From Prevotella phage Lak-A1, in sequence record MK250015.1: a DNA stretch of 40,000 bases; one strand, 5' to 3'. The translations under genes were made by a program, and so were the position numbers. Under the pieces are notes generated by a model. The model was not told where the DNA came from. It worked only from the letters and a program-made list of their open reading frames with translations, and made no database searches. Below, one piece after another: positions 21,479 through 30,657 of the stretch (position 1 is the first letter of the stretch; each line of letters starts with the position of its first letter).

Positions 21479-22495
21479 TTAGAACTAATCTTTATAAGCA
21501 TTGTATGTTGCTATAATATCTTTCAAATGAATAGTTGGGAATTTTTGTAGTTTTCTTAATATATTAATAAAATCTTCTTTACTACTCATATTAATACGAT
21601 AACTACCATATCTTCCATATTGACGTGTATAAGTTTTATTATATATTTTACGTCCTAATATAATAGTTAATAATATGTCATCATTAAACTATAATTGTAA
21701 ATCTTTTATATTTCTATTCTTCGCACATATAAATAAAGCTGCTAATCGTGCAACCATCTTATCTGCCTTTGTAATCTTATCAAAACCACTGAAATTTCTT
21801 GTATCTATACATTTATTCATACGGTCAATATCTTTCTGAACTACTTTATATACTTTTCCTGTACATGTTAATTCATCTGTAATTCTCTATGTATTAAATA
21901 CTTGTTCAACAGATTCCATTAATACTTCACCTATCTATTTTTGATACTCATTAATATCAAAATATGTCTTATTATAAGATTCAATAAATTTATTAACTGG
22001 TGCAGTATAAGAAGAACTTTGATTAATACGTAAAACTATTTTATCATTAACATCAGGAAATTTAACACACCATGCACGAAATTCTCTAGATTTATTTCTA
22101 TATACTGCTTCGTATGGAATTATATAAATTTCAAATGTGAAACTACCACCAATAACACATTTAAAATAACAACTGTTCGCCCTTTGAACTGATATATTAC
22201 GTTGTTCATTATTAAACTAATCACAATCAATAGTAAAAGGAAGTTCGCTATGTTTCTGAACAGCATACATTATATCAGTAATTGTATCCAATACATTATT
22301 AACAAGATTGTATTTATTGATGAAATATTCATTTACTTCATCTATATTATCACATTGTGCTAATGATGTAATTTTGACATTATCATTAATCATTTGAGAA
22401 ACTTCCTATGTATCAGAATCTGTATCATCAACATATATATCATTGAAATCATCATCAAATAAACTTTCGAGTAATTTCTTTATATTCTTATTCAT
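21479..22495 (-). CDS. hypothetical protein, 338 aa, MNKNIKKLLESLFDDDFNDIY..., in-frame TAG
   Basis: ATG at 22495; TAG codons read through; ends ...YKDQF* with TAA at 21479. Absent from the ORF track because of TAGs. Confidence 0.7.
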
Positions 22496-22572
22496 ATAAT
22501 AATTAAAATGTATTTTATTATTTATTTTAGATAATAATTCATGAAATATTTTTTTAATTAAAATATTATATG

Positions 22573-22580
22573 TATCTTTG
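22573..22580 (+). promoter_or_regulatory. Bacteroidetes-type -7 promoter element (TATCTTTG)
   Basis: TATCTTTG 30 nt upstream of ORF 22611. Confidence 0.55.
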
Positions 22581-22610
22581 AGTCACATAATAATTAATGA
22601 ATAATATAAT

Positions 22611-22985
22611 ATGGTATTAAATATAGACGATTTTGAAGTATTGAAATTTTATGGGTATACAAGTCTAATACCTATAAATGCTCGTATTAATGAAGTGTCA
22701 TCAATAGATGATAATCCTCGTGAACAGCTTCGTTATAAAAAGTTAGAATCCTTTTATAATAAGGTAATTGAAAAAGCAAAGGAAAAATGTACAAATAAAA
22801 GTTTTAAGTATTGCCATTTTGAAGATAATAAATGTGTATTTTGTTTATCACATATTAAAACAGGTCATATTATCTATATAGGTAAATATGATTTTGAAAT
22901 ATCGATTGGCCTTGATTTTAAACAGCGTTTTGGTCCATCATATAATTTTTTATTTAATAAAGAATCATATAAGAATGAAGAGTAA
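22611..22985 (+). CDS. hypothetical protein, 124 aa, Cys/His cluster (CHFEDNKCVFCLSH)
   Basis: Supplied ORF downstream of a promoter-like element. Confidence 0.6.
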   Translation: MVLNIDDFEVLKFYGYTSLIPINARINEVSSIDDNPREQLRYKKLESFYNKVIEKAKEKCTNKSFKYCHFEDNKCVFCLSHIKTGHIIYIGKYDFEISIGLDFKQRFGPSYNFLFNKESYKNEE

Positions 22986-23115
22986 AAAATTTTTATCTAA
23001 TTTAAATAATATAGAAAATTGTAAGAATTCATTGTTATTTCTTGCTATCGTGTTTCTTATTATTTTAACATATGTAGGTATCATATGGTTTTCAGATTAT
23101 TTGAATAATTATTAA
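22975..23115 (+). CDS. small single-pass membrane protein, 46 aa (MKSKKFLSNLNNIENCKNSLLFLAIVFLIILTYVGIIWFSDYLNNY)
   Basis: ATG at 22975 overlaps the upstream gene end; the longer track start at 22888 overlaps it too much. Confidence 0.5.
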   Translation: MKSKKFLSNLNNIENCKNSLLFLAIVFLIILTYVGIIWFSDYLNNY

Positions 23116-23127
23116 AATTAAATACGT

Positions 23128-23460
23128 ATGGTTATACATAAAGCAGAAAAATGTAATATTAATAATGTATCAGAAAATAAAATACATGATAGTACATCAG
23201 GTTATAATAGTTTAATTATATTTTTTATCATTACTGTAATTACGACAGTTGTATATGCAATAACAGTTTATCCTGCTGCATGTTCAAGAGAATCTGTAAT
23301 TACAAATAAAGATACAGAAACAAAATTTAAAATGATATTGAGAGACAAATATATTGATAATGTATTTCTTGAAAATATTAGTCAAAATTCATGGAATTCA
23401 ATAGAAGTATATGATTCAAATATGAAATCTCATAAAATTATTTGGAAAGAAGTAAAATAA
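23128..23460 (+). CDS. hypothetical membrane-anchored protein, 110 aa
   Basis: Supplied ORF with one hydrophobic segment (LIIFFIITVITTVVYAITVYPAA). Confidence 0.6.
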   Translation: MVIHKAEKCNINNVSENKIHDSTSGYNSLIIFFIITVITTVVYAITVYPAACSRESVITNKDTETKFKMILRDKYIDNVFLENISQNSWNSIEVYDSNMKSHKIIWKEVK

Positions 23461-23514
23461 TAAAGTAAAAAGAAAATATATTTAATAGTTATTAATTTTA
23501 ATAAAAAATAAAAA

Positions 23515-25584
23515 ATGAAGAATTTTATTTTGTGTTTGCTCATTTCATTTGTGAGCGTTTTTAATTCTTATGCAGACACTGTAAATGATACATTGACTGC
23601 ATTGAAGTTGAAGGAAGTTACCGTAACTTCTTTGTATCGAAATAATGTACAGACTGGTAGTATGATTAATACATCTACTATTAAGATGATGAATCATGGT
23701 CAGGGTACAGATTATGTACTTTCTACATTGCCTAATATTTATGCATATAATGACAATGGTACGCAAATGGGTTATTGTTATTTCCGTATGCGTGGTATGG
23801 GTCAGGAACGTATGAATGTTACATTGGATGGAATGCCATGGAATGAAGCTGAAGATTTCGGATGTTATTTCAGTAATTCTCCTGATCTTATGTCTAGTTT
23901 GCATTCTATTAAGGTAGAAAAGGGTGCATCAGTAACTAATAACGGTACAGCTGCATATGCTGGTAATGTTTCTCTGGAATCAGTAGATTTGAGAAAAGAT
24001 ACAGATTCGTGGTTTGACCTTGGTTATGGATCTTTTAATTCATCACGTGTGAGTGGAGTGTATAATATGGGTTTGAAGAACCATTGGGGATTGCATGTTC
24101 GTGCAACATCACAGCAAACTGATGGTTATAAGGAAAATACATATAATAATTCAAAGTCAATTACACTTAAGACTGGTTATTTCTTTAATGATAAGCATTC
24201 ACTCGATTTCTTGACAATGACTGGTTATCATCGTAATGGTCAAGGTTTTATGGGTCTTACAGAAGATATGATTCCTAAGCATCCTACACCATTTAAGCAA
24301 ATGAAGTCTGGTAATCGTCAACAGGAAACAGATGATTTCTTGACAACTTATAATAGATTTCAATATAAGGGAATTCTATCAGATAAGGTCTTCTTGTCAT
24401 CATCATTGTATTGGCAACATCAGACTGGTAATTATCGTATTGGATGGGATGATCCTTCACGACCTACTGGAAGTGTATTGAATAATTATCATCTTAATTA
24501 TAATCTTACAGGATTTAACACAGTAATTAAGTATTATCCAGCTAATAATCTTTCACTTACAACTGGTGTAAATGCATATGTTTATCATAGACGTCATAAG
24601 GGATATGATATTGCAAACTCTGATAGTATTATTACAGCATGGAAGAATCCAGGACTTACTCCTTATTATGATAATGCAGGAACAAAACCAGATGTAAATG
24701 TATTTGCAAATGTAAAGTATCAACCAATTAATAAGTTTACTATTGATGCTGCACTTCAATATCGTTATACATCACTTCATTATCGTGTAAATACACCAGC
24801 TATTGGTATTAATGGTGATTCTGATTTTAATCATGACTGGAATTTTATGAATTACAGTTTTGGACTTACATATGATATTGATAAGTATTCAAAGGTATAT
24901 GCACGTTATGCAGTCACAAACCGTGAACCTTCCAGAACTGATATGTTCGGCGGTGAATATCGTACAGATGAATCTGAAATGAATACAAAGTCAGAGCGCG
25001 TACATGATGTTGAACTTGGTTATGAAATTCGTAATAATAAGATTAATTTCAATATTAACGGTTTTTATATGAATTTCAGTAATGAACTTGTTGCAACAGG
25101 TGAACTTTCATCAATGAATGGTCTTCCTCTCCATAAGCAGCATGATTCATATCGACTTGGTTTGGAACTTGCGATGGATTATAATCCTGTTAATACATTG
25201 CATCTTATTGCAAATGCTTCATGGTCAGAGAATAAGTTGAAGAACATTAATGGAAAGGAAATGAATCATACATTCTCACCATCATCTACATTGTTTGCTG
25301 AAGCAAATTATTCTGTTAATAAGATTAAGTTCGGTGTAAATACGAATTTCCGTTCATCTATGTATATGGATATTTATAATAATCATCAGCTTAAGGAAAA
25401 CCTTACACTTAATGCATATGTTAATGCACGAGTATCAAAGATTGTAGAACTTAGTTTGAATCTTAATAATATTACGAATCGTTTGAATTTCTCTAACGGA
25501 TCAGTTGATATTCCATCAGATATAGCATATTATTTGGTTGATTCACCATTTAATATGTTTGCGACAGCTAAGTTTCACTTTTAA
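23515..25584 (+). CDS. TonB-dependent outer-membrane receptor
   Basis: Signal peptide; plug-domain features (LKEVTVTS, STLPNIYAYNDNGTQ, RMRGMGQERMNVTLDGMPWNEAED, IKVEKGASVTNNGTAAYAGNVSLES); long beta-barrel ending in an aromatic residue (MFATAKFHF). No in-frame TAG. Confidence 0.93.
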   Translation: MKNFILCLLISFVSVFNSYADTVNDTLTALKLKEVTVTSLYRNNVQTGSMINTSTIKMMNHGQGTDYVLSTLPNIYAYNDNGTQMGYCYFRMRGMGQERMNVTLDGMPWNEAEDFGCYFSNSPDLMSSLHSIKVEKGASVTNNGTAAYAGNVSLESVDLRKDTDSWFDLGYGSFNSSRVSGVYNMGLKNHWGLHVRATSQQTDGYKENTYNNSKSITLKTGYFFNDKHSLDFLTMTGYHRNGQGFMGLTEDMIPKHPTPFKQMKSGNRQQETDDFLTTYNRFQYKGILSDKVFLSSSLYWQHQTGNYRIGWDDPSRPTGSVLNNYHLNYNLTGFNTVIKYYPANNLSLTTGVNAYVYHRRHKGYDIANSDSIITAWKNPGLTPYYDNAGTKPDVNVFANVKYQPINKFTIDAALQYRYTSLHYRVNTPAIGINGDSDFNHDWNFMNYSFGLTYDIDKYSKVYARYAVTNREPSRTDMFGGEYRTDESEMNTKSERVHDVELGYEIRNNKINFNINGFYMNFSNELVATGELSSMNGLPLHKQHDSYRLGLELAMDYNPVNTLHLIANASWSENKLKNINGKEMNHTFSPSSTLFAEANYSVNKIKFGVNTNFRSSMYMDIYNNHQLKENLTLNAYVNARVSKIVELSLNLNNITNRLNFSNGSVDIPSDIAYYLVDSPFNMFATAKFHF

Positions 25585-25589
25585 ATAAA

Positions 25590-25628
25590 AATGGGTGATT
25601 AAATATTCCTGATATTTAATCACCCATT
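25590..25628 (+). terminator. strong inverted repeat after the TonB-dependent receptor gene
   Basis: aatgggtgattaaatattcctgatatttaatcacccatt. Confidence 0.7.
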
Positions 25629-25691
25629 AATTATTTCATATTTATCAATAATTATAAATTAATTATAAATAAGATAATGAAAATATAAAGA

Positions 25692-26987
25692 ATGATTTAT
25701 TTAGAAAAAATGAGTAAATGGAAATTAAATGAAAATAGTATAAACGAATTTTTATGGACATGTGCAGGTGTTAATAAGAATATATTAAGATTATATCCGA
25801 GTGAATATGCAAAATATGCAGGTAGTGGAGGAACTATTTTATTTACTGCTATGATGGCATTTATATCAGGTAGTTATGCAATGTTTTTTGTATTCAGTAA
25901 TGCTATATTATCACTGATCTTTGGTATATTCTGGGCATTACTTATATTTAACCTTGACAGATTTATTGTTAATTCCATGCATACTGATGGTAAAGACACA
26001 TTAAGTTGGAAAAAGATTCAAACGGCAATGCCACGTATAATTATGGCTATATTTTTAGGTATTGTTATTTCAACACCACTTGAAATGAAGATATTTAATG
26101 ATAGAATAGAATCATAGTTACTAAAAGATAATATAGAACGAATAAATTCAGCAAAGAATGAATCATCAGATTATAAAACAATATCATTATTACAAGCAGA
26201 ATAGAACCAATTGACAAAAGATCGAAAACAACTGGTAGATGATTTACAGAAAGCATAGAAAGAACTGAAAGAAGAAGCAGAAGGAAATGCATTATCTGGT
26301 ATTGCTGGGCATGGGACTATATATAGAGATAAAGAAACATATGTTAATCAATGTAAACAATCATTATAGGAATGGGATCTTCTTCATAAAGAACGGTTGA
26401 CAACTGTATAGAAACGTATTGATGAAGTTAATAAGCATATTGAAAAATTTGAAGGTAAAATAGATGGTTTAAGAGAAGATGGTTTCAGCGCAAGGTATGA
26501 AGCTTTTTCAAATCTTAAAGAAGCAAATAATTCATTAGCGATGGTATCATTCATGATAACAATGTTGTTCATTATTATTGAAGTTACACCTACATTTTTT
26601 AAACTTATTATGACATCAGGGCCATATGAAGAACATTTATAGATAGAAAATTATAAAATAACCGCATATGTTACTAAAGAGAAAAATGGTATTGATACAG
26701 AATTAAAAATAGATGATTATAATAATAAAGAAAAATTAAAAGCTGTTATTAAACAAGATGAACCTATTATTGATGTAACAGATGTATCAGTAAAACCTAT
26801 TGTATATTCAGCTATATAGTCATTAACATTAGAATCAGAACAAGAACCTGAAGAAGTTCCATATATAAAGTCTAATACATCTATTATAACAACACCTGTT
26901 GCAACAAAGAAATTAGAATTTAAGAAAAATGAGAAAGGACAAATTATGTTAGATTTCTCATCAAGACCTAAAAAATTAAATAAATGA
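25692..26987 (+). CDS. DUF4407-like multi-pass membrane/coiled-coil protein, 431 aa, in-frame TAGs
   Basis: N-terminal INEFLWTCAGVNKNILRLYPSEYAKYAGSGGTILFTA...LLIFNLDRFIVNSMH...PRIIMAIFLGIVISTPLEMKIF. TAG at 26115, then further TAGs before TGA at 26985-26987. Confidence 0.82.
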
Positions 26988-26997
26988 AATAAAAATA

Positions 26998-27032
26998 ATA
27001 TCCATTAAGAAAAAAACTTAGTGGATATTTTT
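26998..27032 (+). terminator. hairpin plus T-run
   Basis: atatccattaagaaaaaaacttagtggatattttttt. Confidence 0.65.
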
Positions 27033-27051
27033 TTATATAAAGAATTATATG

Positions 27052-27059
27052 TATCTTTG
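27052..27059 (+). promoter_or_regulatory. Bacteroidetes-type -7 promoter element (TATCTTTG)
   Basis: TATCTTTG between a terminator and ORF 27096. Confidence 0.65.
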
Positions 27060-27095
27060 TATTGTAATTAAATAATAATTTAAATAATAAAGAAT

Positions 27096-28103
27096 ATGAG
27101 TGAATTAATGTTTAAGAGTAAGAATGTAACACCACAGTTGAATACTTATGTTATTAAGGTAACAGGTAAGTATAATGATCATCTACCATGGGAAACAAAT
27201 ATTATTAATGTAGAAGCAGATCGCATGAATAATTTTGTGTTGTTATTTCTTGCATATGTTGGTAACAGAAATTGGCAGCATAAATGGAAGAATTCTACAT
27301 TCGGCGAGAATTTTAAGAAGGGACCACTGCAGACATATCTAGGTGCTTTTACCGAAGATACACATTATCCATGTATGGACCTTATGTGGAATGATGTTGT
27401 TTCAGTCAACATTAATTATGTTAATAATAATGGTACATACATTTTGTGTGAACTTCCTGATGTAGAAGAGCTGTATGATACTGAGGAGGATTTCCTCAAG
27501 GAACTTAAGTCACAGTTTGATGAATTTAATAAGAATGATCCTCGTGATGTTTATGAAGATGAAGGAATTGAGATTGTTGATTCATATGAGCTTGAGCTTG
27601 TAAGAAATGTTCTTCGTTCTACTGGTAAGTGGGATAATGATGAAATTGATAATCTGTTTTGGGTTGATCGTGAGATTGGTTTTAGTTCATTGGTTGCACG
27701 TACTTCTACAGATGAAAATATTCTTAAAGTATGTAAGCAGGAACATGCTAAGAGTGCAACAGGTGTTGAGTATAATGGATTTAAACCAGAAACACTCGAA
27801 AAGATTAAGACCGCTATTAGTGGAACAAATCTTCCAGAGGAAACTAAGACATTTGTAATTGACATTTGTTCTAAGTATAATTCAAAGAATATGTTGAGTG
27901 AATCTGAGAAGGAAGATCTTAAGAATATCATGGAAACATATAATTTGGTAAATTATTCATATGGATGGATTGGCCCAGATGGTTGGAGTGGTATTTACCT
28001 TGAGCATGTGATAGATCCAGAGATGATTGATTTCGATGATTATTCAGAGAATTCAGTTATTAAGTATGAGGGTGAAACATATATTATTCATGAAGGAGAT
28101 TAA
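27096..28103 (+). CDS. hypothetical protein, 335 aa
   Basis: Long supplied ORF with promoter-like element upstream. Confidence 0.75.
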   Translation: MSELMFKSKNVTPQLNTYVIKVTGKYNDHLPWETNIINVEADRMNNFVLLFLAYVGNRNWQHKWKNSTFGENFKKGPLQTYLGAFTEDTHYPCMDLMWNDVVSVNINYVNNNGTYILCELPDVEELYDTEEDFLKELKSQFDEFNKNDPRDVYEDEGIEIVDSYELELVRNVLRSTGKWDNDEIDNLFWVDREIGFSSLVARTSTDENILKVCKQEHAKSATGVEYNGFKPETLEKIKTAISGTNLPEETKTFVIDICSKYNSKNMLSESEKEDLKNIMETYNLVNYSYGWIGPDGWSGIYLEHVIDPEMIDFDDYSENSVIKYEGETYIIHEGD

Positions 28104-28106
28104 TTT

Positions 28107-28529
28107 ATGTTAATTATTCTATCAATAGTATTAATTATTGTAGGATTATTTCTTGGAATTTTAATAGGTACTTTAGGATCATTTGGTGATTCTGAAATAC
28201 CTATTAAAGAAGATAAAATAATCAAGAGATGTTTGTTATTTAATATAGCATCTCGGTGTGATAAAATTATACTTGTATGTTGTACACCATTCGGATGGTT
28301 AGGAATTCTTTTATTATTTGTATGTTGTTTTGTATTTCAACATATTATAGGAATTATGTTTATTAGTCCTTTACCTATGATGGAATTTCTTAATACATTT
28401 GAAGACAAAATATATAGTTTTGCACTACTATATTTAGTACCTATGTTTGGTGGTTATTTTATAGGTTATAATTATATGAATAATTTTATTAAACGAATAG
28501 AAAAAGAAGAACATGAAGAAAGGAACTAA
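28107..28529 (+). CDS. hypothetical membrane protein, 140 aa
   Basis: Several hydrophobic segments. Confidence 0.6.
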   Translation: MLIILSIVLIIVGLFLGILIGTLGSFGDSEIPIKEDKIIKRCLLFNIASRCDKIILVCCTPFGWLGILLLFVCCFVFQHIIGIMFISPLPMMEFLNTFEDKIYSFALLYLVPMFGGYFIGYNYMNNFIKRIEKEEHEERN

Positions 28530-29007
28530 ATTTTATGTTATATTAGGTTATAATACAGAAACAGAAGCCTGGTATGGATATGTAGAAAATTCTTTTTCTA
28601 TGGGTGCAGATAAAAATAGAATTAGAACATTTTCTACATGTAGAGCAGATTATCCTTGGAAAGATAGATCATTTTCAGAGAGAAAACGAATAGCGAAAGC
28701 ATATTTGAAGAAACATGGTTATAGATGTAATTATGCTCGTGATTATATTATAGATGCAAAGATGAATCCTAATTCACCAAATCAATGGATTTATTTTTAT
28801 TTGCGAGATATTGTAGACAATCTTAATAAAAAACATTATAATAATTGTTATTGGAAAGTATATAGAGTAAATTCTAAGTTTTGTCCTATTAATGTAAATA
28901 TGAATGAATATTACAAAACATTAGTAAATAAGAAATTTAGGAAGTCTCTTGACAAATTTCAATTAAGAAATCAAGAATTTTCTGTAAAGGAAGTTTCAAA
29001 AGATTAA
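28513..29007 (+). CDS. hypothetical protein, 164 aa
   Basis: Supplied ORF overlapping the previous one by 17 nt. Confidence 0.65.
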   Translation: MKKGTKFYVILGYNTETEAWYGYVENSFSMGADKNRIRTFSTCRADYPWKDRSFSERKRIAKAYLKKHGYRCNYARDYIIDAKMNPNSPNQWIYFYLRDIVDNLNKKHYNNCYWKVYRVNSKFCPINVNMNEYYKTLVNKKFRKSLDKFQLRNQEFSVKEVSKD

Positions 29008-29015
29008 AAATATAT

Positions 29016-29268
29016 CGGTATGGCTCTAAAGGAGAGAGCATCATTTATGACTAATGATGACGAAGATTTGTTCGTAAGTTAATCTTTACTAAGAGAATAT
29101 ACAATATTTAGTTATATAGAAGTAATTTAATTGTTATAATGCGAAGACAATTTTATATGAAACTATATATGTCATTTATGAGATTATAGTGAAGAATAGC
29201 ATTTACAGTAACTATAATAAGATGATATAAACAATATAACTTCTGTGGTTCGATTCCACACGTACTGA
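29016..29268 (+). ncRNA. tRNA-like RNA with ~170 nt internal insertion
   Basis: 5' cggtatg (29016-29022) pairs with 3' cgtactg (29261-29267); D-arm-like tctaaaggagaga; canonical T-arm tgtgg-ttcgatt-ccaca (29244-29260). Interior holds several perfect hairpins. Confidence 0.45.
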
Positions 29269-29287
29269 CTAATAAACATATAACATT

Positions 29288-29506
29288 ATGAAAGAAGAAA
29301 TTAAATTCTTAGGTAAAACACCGAGAGAAATTGCAGAACGTTACTTCAATAAATCATATGAAGGTAAAGAACGATATGATATTTTAGTTGAAGGCTTTAT
29401 TGAGGGATTTAATTATCTATTTCCTCATTATGATATAGCTAATACTTTGGTTGAAACATTTGAACGAATTAAAGAATTAGAGAATAAAGAGAAAAAAGAT
29501 TCATAA
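29288..29506 (+). CDS. hypothetical protein, 72 aa
   Basis: Supplied ORF. Confidence 0.55.
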   Translation: MKEEIKFLGKTPREIAERYFNKSYEGKERYDILVEGFIEGFNYLFPHYDIANTLVETFERIKELENKEKKDS

Positions 29507-29533
29507 TTATTTTTTTAATTGAAATAAAATATG

Positions 29534-29541
29534 TATCTTTG
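29534..29541 (+). promoter_or_regulatory. Bacteroidetes-type -7 promoter element (TATCTTTG) heading the non-coding tract
   Basis: TATCTTTG with no downstream ORF of note before nadR. Confidence 0.6.
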
Positions 29542-29857
29542 TATTGTAAATAATGAACACCTATAAGTGTTAAGTAACATAGGTATGGAAACCCTACGGT
29601 TCGTAAGTAGTAATATCGAATAGTCCGCATAATAGGAACATGTCATTATTTTAACATTTATATAAGAATATACTACATGTCTTATATGAGCGTCAGGAGT
29701 ATTGTAACAGAGTCGACGTGTTTACATTTTTAGAGGCGCAGTTTTTAAATCTGACTATTCTATGTAAAGTAGTGAAGTGCAAGATACGGCGTCAGTACAA
29801 GTCTATATAATAAGTTGCAAATAAAAATAGAAACTGTTAAAATTCGTATCTAAATTT

Positions 29858-30029
29858 GTCTGTATTTCACAATGGTCAATGAGGTACATGAAAAGTGATT
29901 TGGAAGAATCATTATAGACATATTATGATTAAGATAACGTTCAACTAAGCTATAGAATAATAGTAAGTATAGCGCTGAAAATATATGTTTATATGTATTG
30001 CGGTTGTGGTTCGAATCCACATACAGACA
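29858..30029 (+). tRNA. tRNA-like gene with ~100 nt internal insertion; anticodon not assigned
   Basis: Perfect acceptor gtctgta/tacagac; D-arm tcac-aatggtca-atga with conserved GG; T-arm tgtgg-ttcgaat-ccaca; ggtac (29883-29887) can pair with gtatt (29995-29999), leaving a 5-nt variable region. Confidence 0.5.
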
Positions 30030-30210
30030 CGACTTATTAATGATGAAAAGTCTGCACTTAACAAAATATAAAAAACATTTTAATGTACTGTTGATTATAT
30101 GTTTTAATTTTGTTAAATAAGAGATTATTGTAAATTATAGAAATTTACAAATCGAGGGGAACGCATAACGGCAATTATGTTAGTACTTGGCGTTTAATGA
30201 AATGAATATG

Positions 30211-30218
30211 TATATTTG
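30211..30218 (+). promoter_or_regulatory. TATATTTG, possible TAnnTTTG element
   Basis: Matches the TAnnTTTG consensus upstream of a tRNA-like segment. Confidence 0.3.
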
Positions 30219-30251
30219 CCGATATGCATATGAGTGACATTAAATGATAAA

Positions 30252-30344
30252 ATTATAATAGTGTAGCGGTTCGCACGCCCGTTGGTAAAACGGGAAGGGT
30301 TTATGTTTGAAAGCATATTAGGGGTTCGACTCCCGCTTATAAAC
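30252..30344 (+). tRNA. degenerate or long-variable-arm tRNA-like gene
   Basis: D-arm gtgt-agcggttc-gcac; hairpin cccgt-tggtaaa-acggg; ttcgact T-loop with only three flanking G-C pairs; acceptor attataa/ttataaa pairs at six of seven positions. Confidence 0.35.
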
Positions 30345-30567
30345 AATTAAATTACATAATGTTCTCACGAAGAGCGAGCATCGGAAGGTGAGCAATTTAG
30401 AAAGATGTTTAAGAGTGATCATATTAAATTGATTTCTAACAGAAATACGGTGACGTAGGAGCTGAAAAAGAACAAACGTATGGTAATGTTAGCATTATGT
30501 ATTTAAAAAATATTAGTCCTCACAGACTTTACATTTTTTATAACTTTAAAATTTTGAATTTAATATT

Positions 30568-30601
30568 AAATCCGATGCTTGTGGTAAGTATCGGATTTTT
30601 T
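30568..30601 (+). terminator. Rho-independent terminator
   Basis: aaatccgatgcttgtggtaagtatcggatttttttt: GC-containing hairpin plus T-run. Confidence 0.8.
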
Positions 30602-30619
30602 TAATTCATAAAAAATATG

Positions 30620-30627
30620 TATCTTTG
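30620..30627 (+). promoter_or_regulatory. Bacteroidetes-type -7 promoter element (TATCTTTG)
   Basis: TATCTTTG directly after a terminator and 30 nt upstream of nadR. Confidence 0.65.
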
Positions 30628-30657
30628 TAATATATTAAATAATAATTAAATAATTAA

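Noticed and set aside
23545-23904. Minus-strand ORFs (23545-23904, 24553-24759) inside the TonB-dependent receptor gene
   Set aside because: Overlap a high-confidence coding sequence; no supporting motifs.
27551-27931. Minus ORF 27551-27931 and plus ORF 27607-27858 inside gene 27096-28103
   Set aside because: Shadow frames within a well-formed longer ORF with an upstream promoter-like element.
29016-29268. tmRNA
   Set aside because: No recognisable Bacteroidetes tag-peptide reading frame and no canonical tmRNA 5' sequence, despite the tRNA-like termini.
29550-29850. RNase P RNA
   Set aside because: A faint similarity (gaatagtccgc) to the P4-region consensus was seen, but the other conserved RNase P segments were not found.
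29858-30029. Definite group I intron in the tRNA-like element
   Set aside because: gttcaacta and aagctatag near 29939-29956 vaguely recall group I core motifs, but the insertion is only about 100 nt and I could not build P3/P7; reported only as an unexplained insertion.
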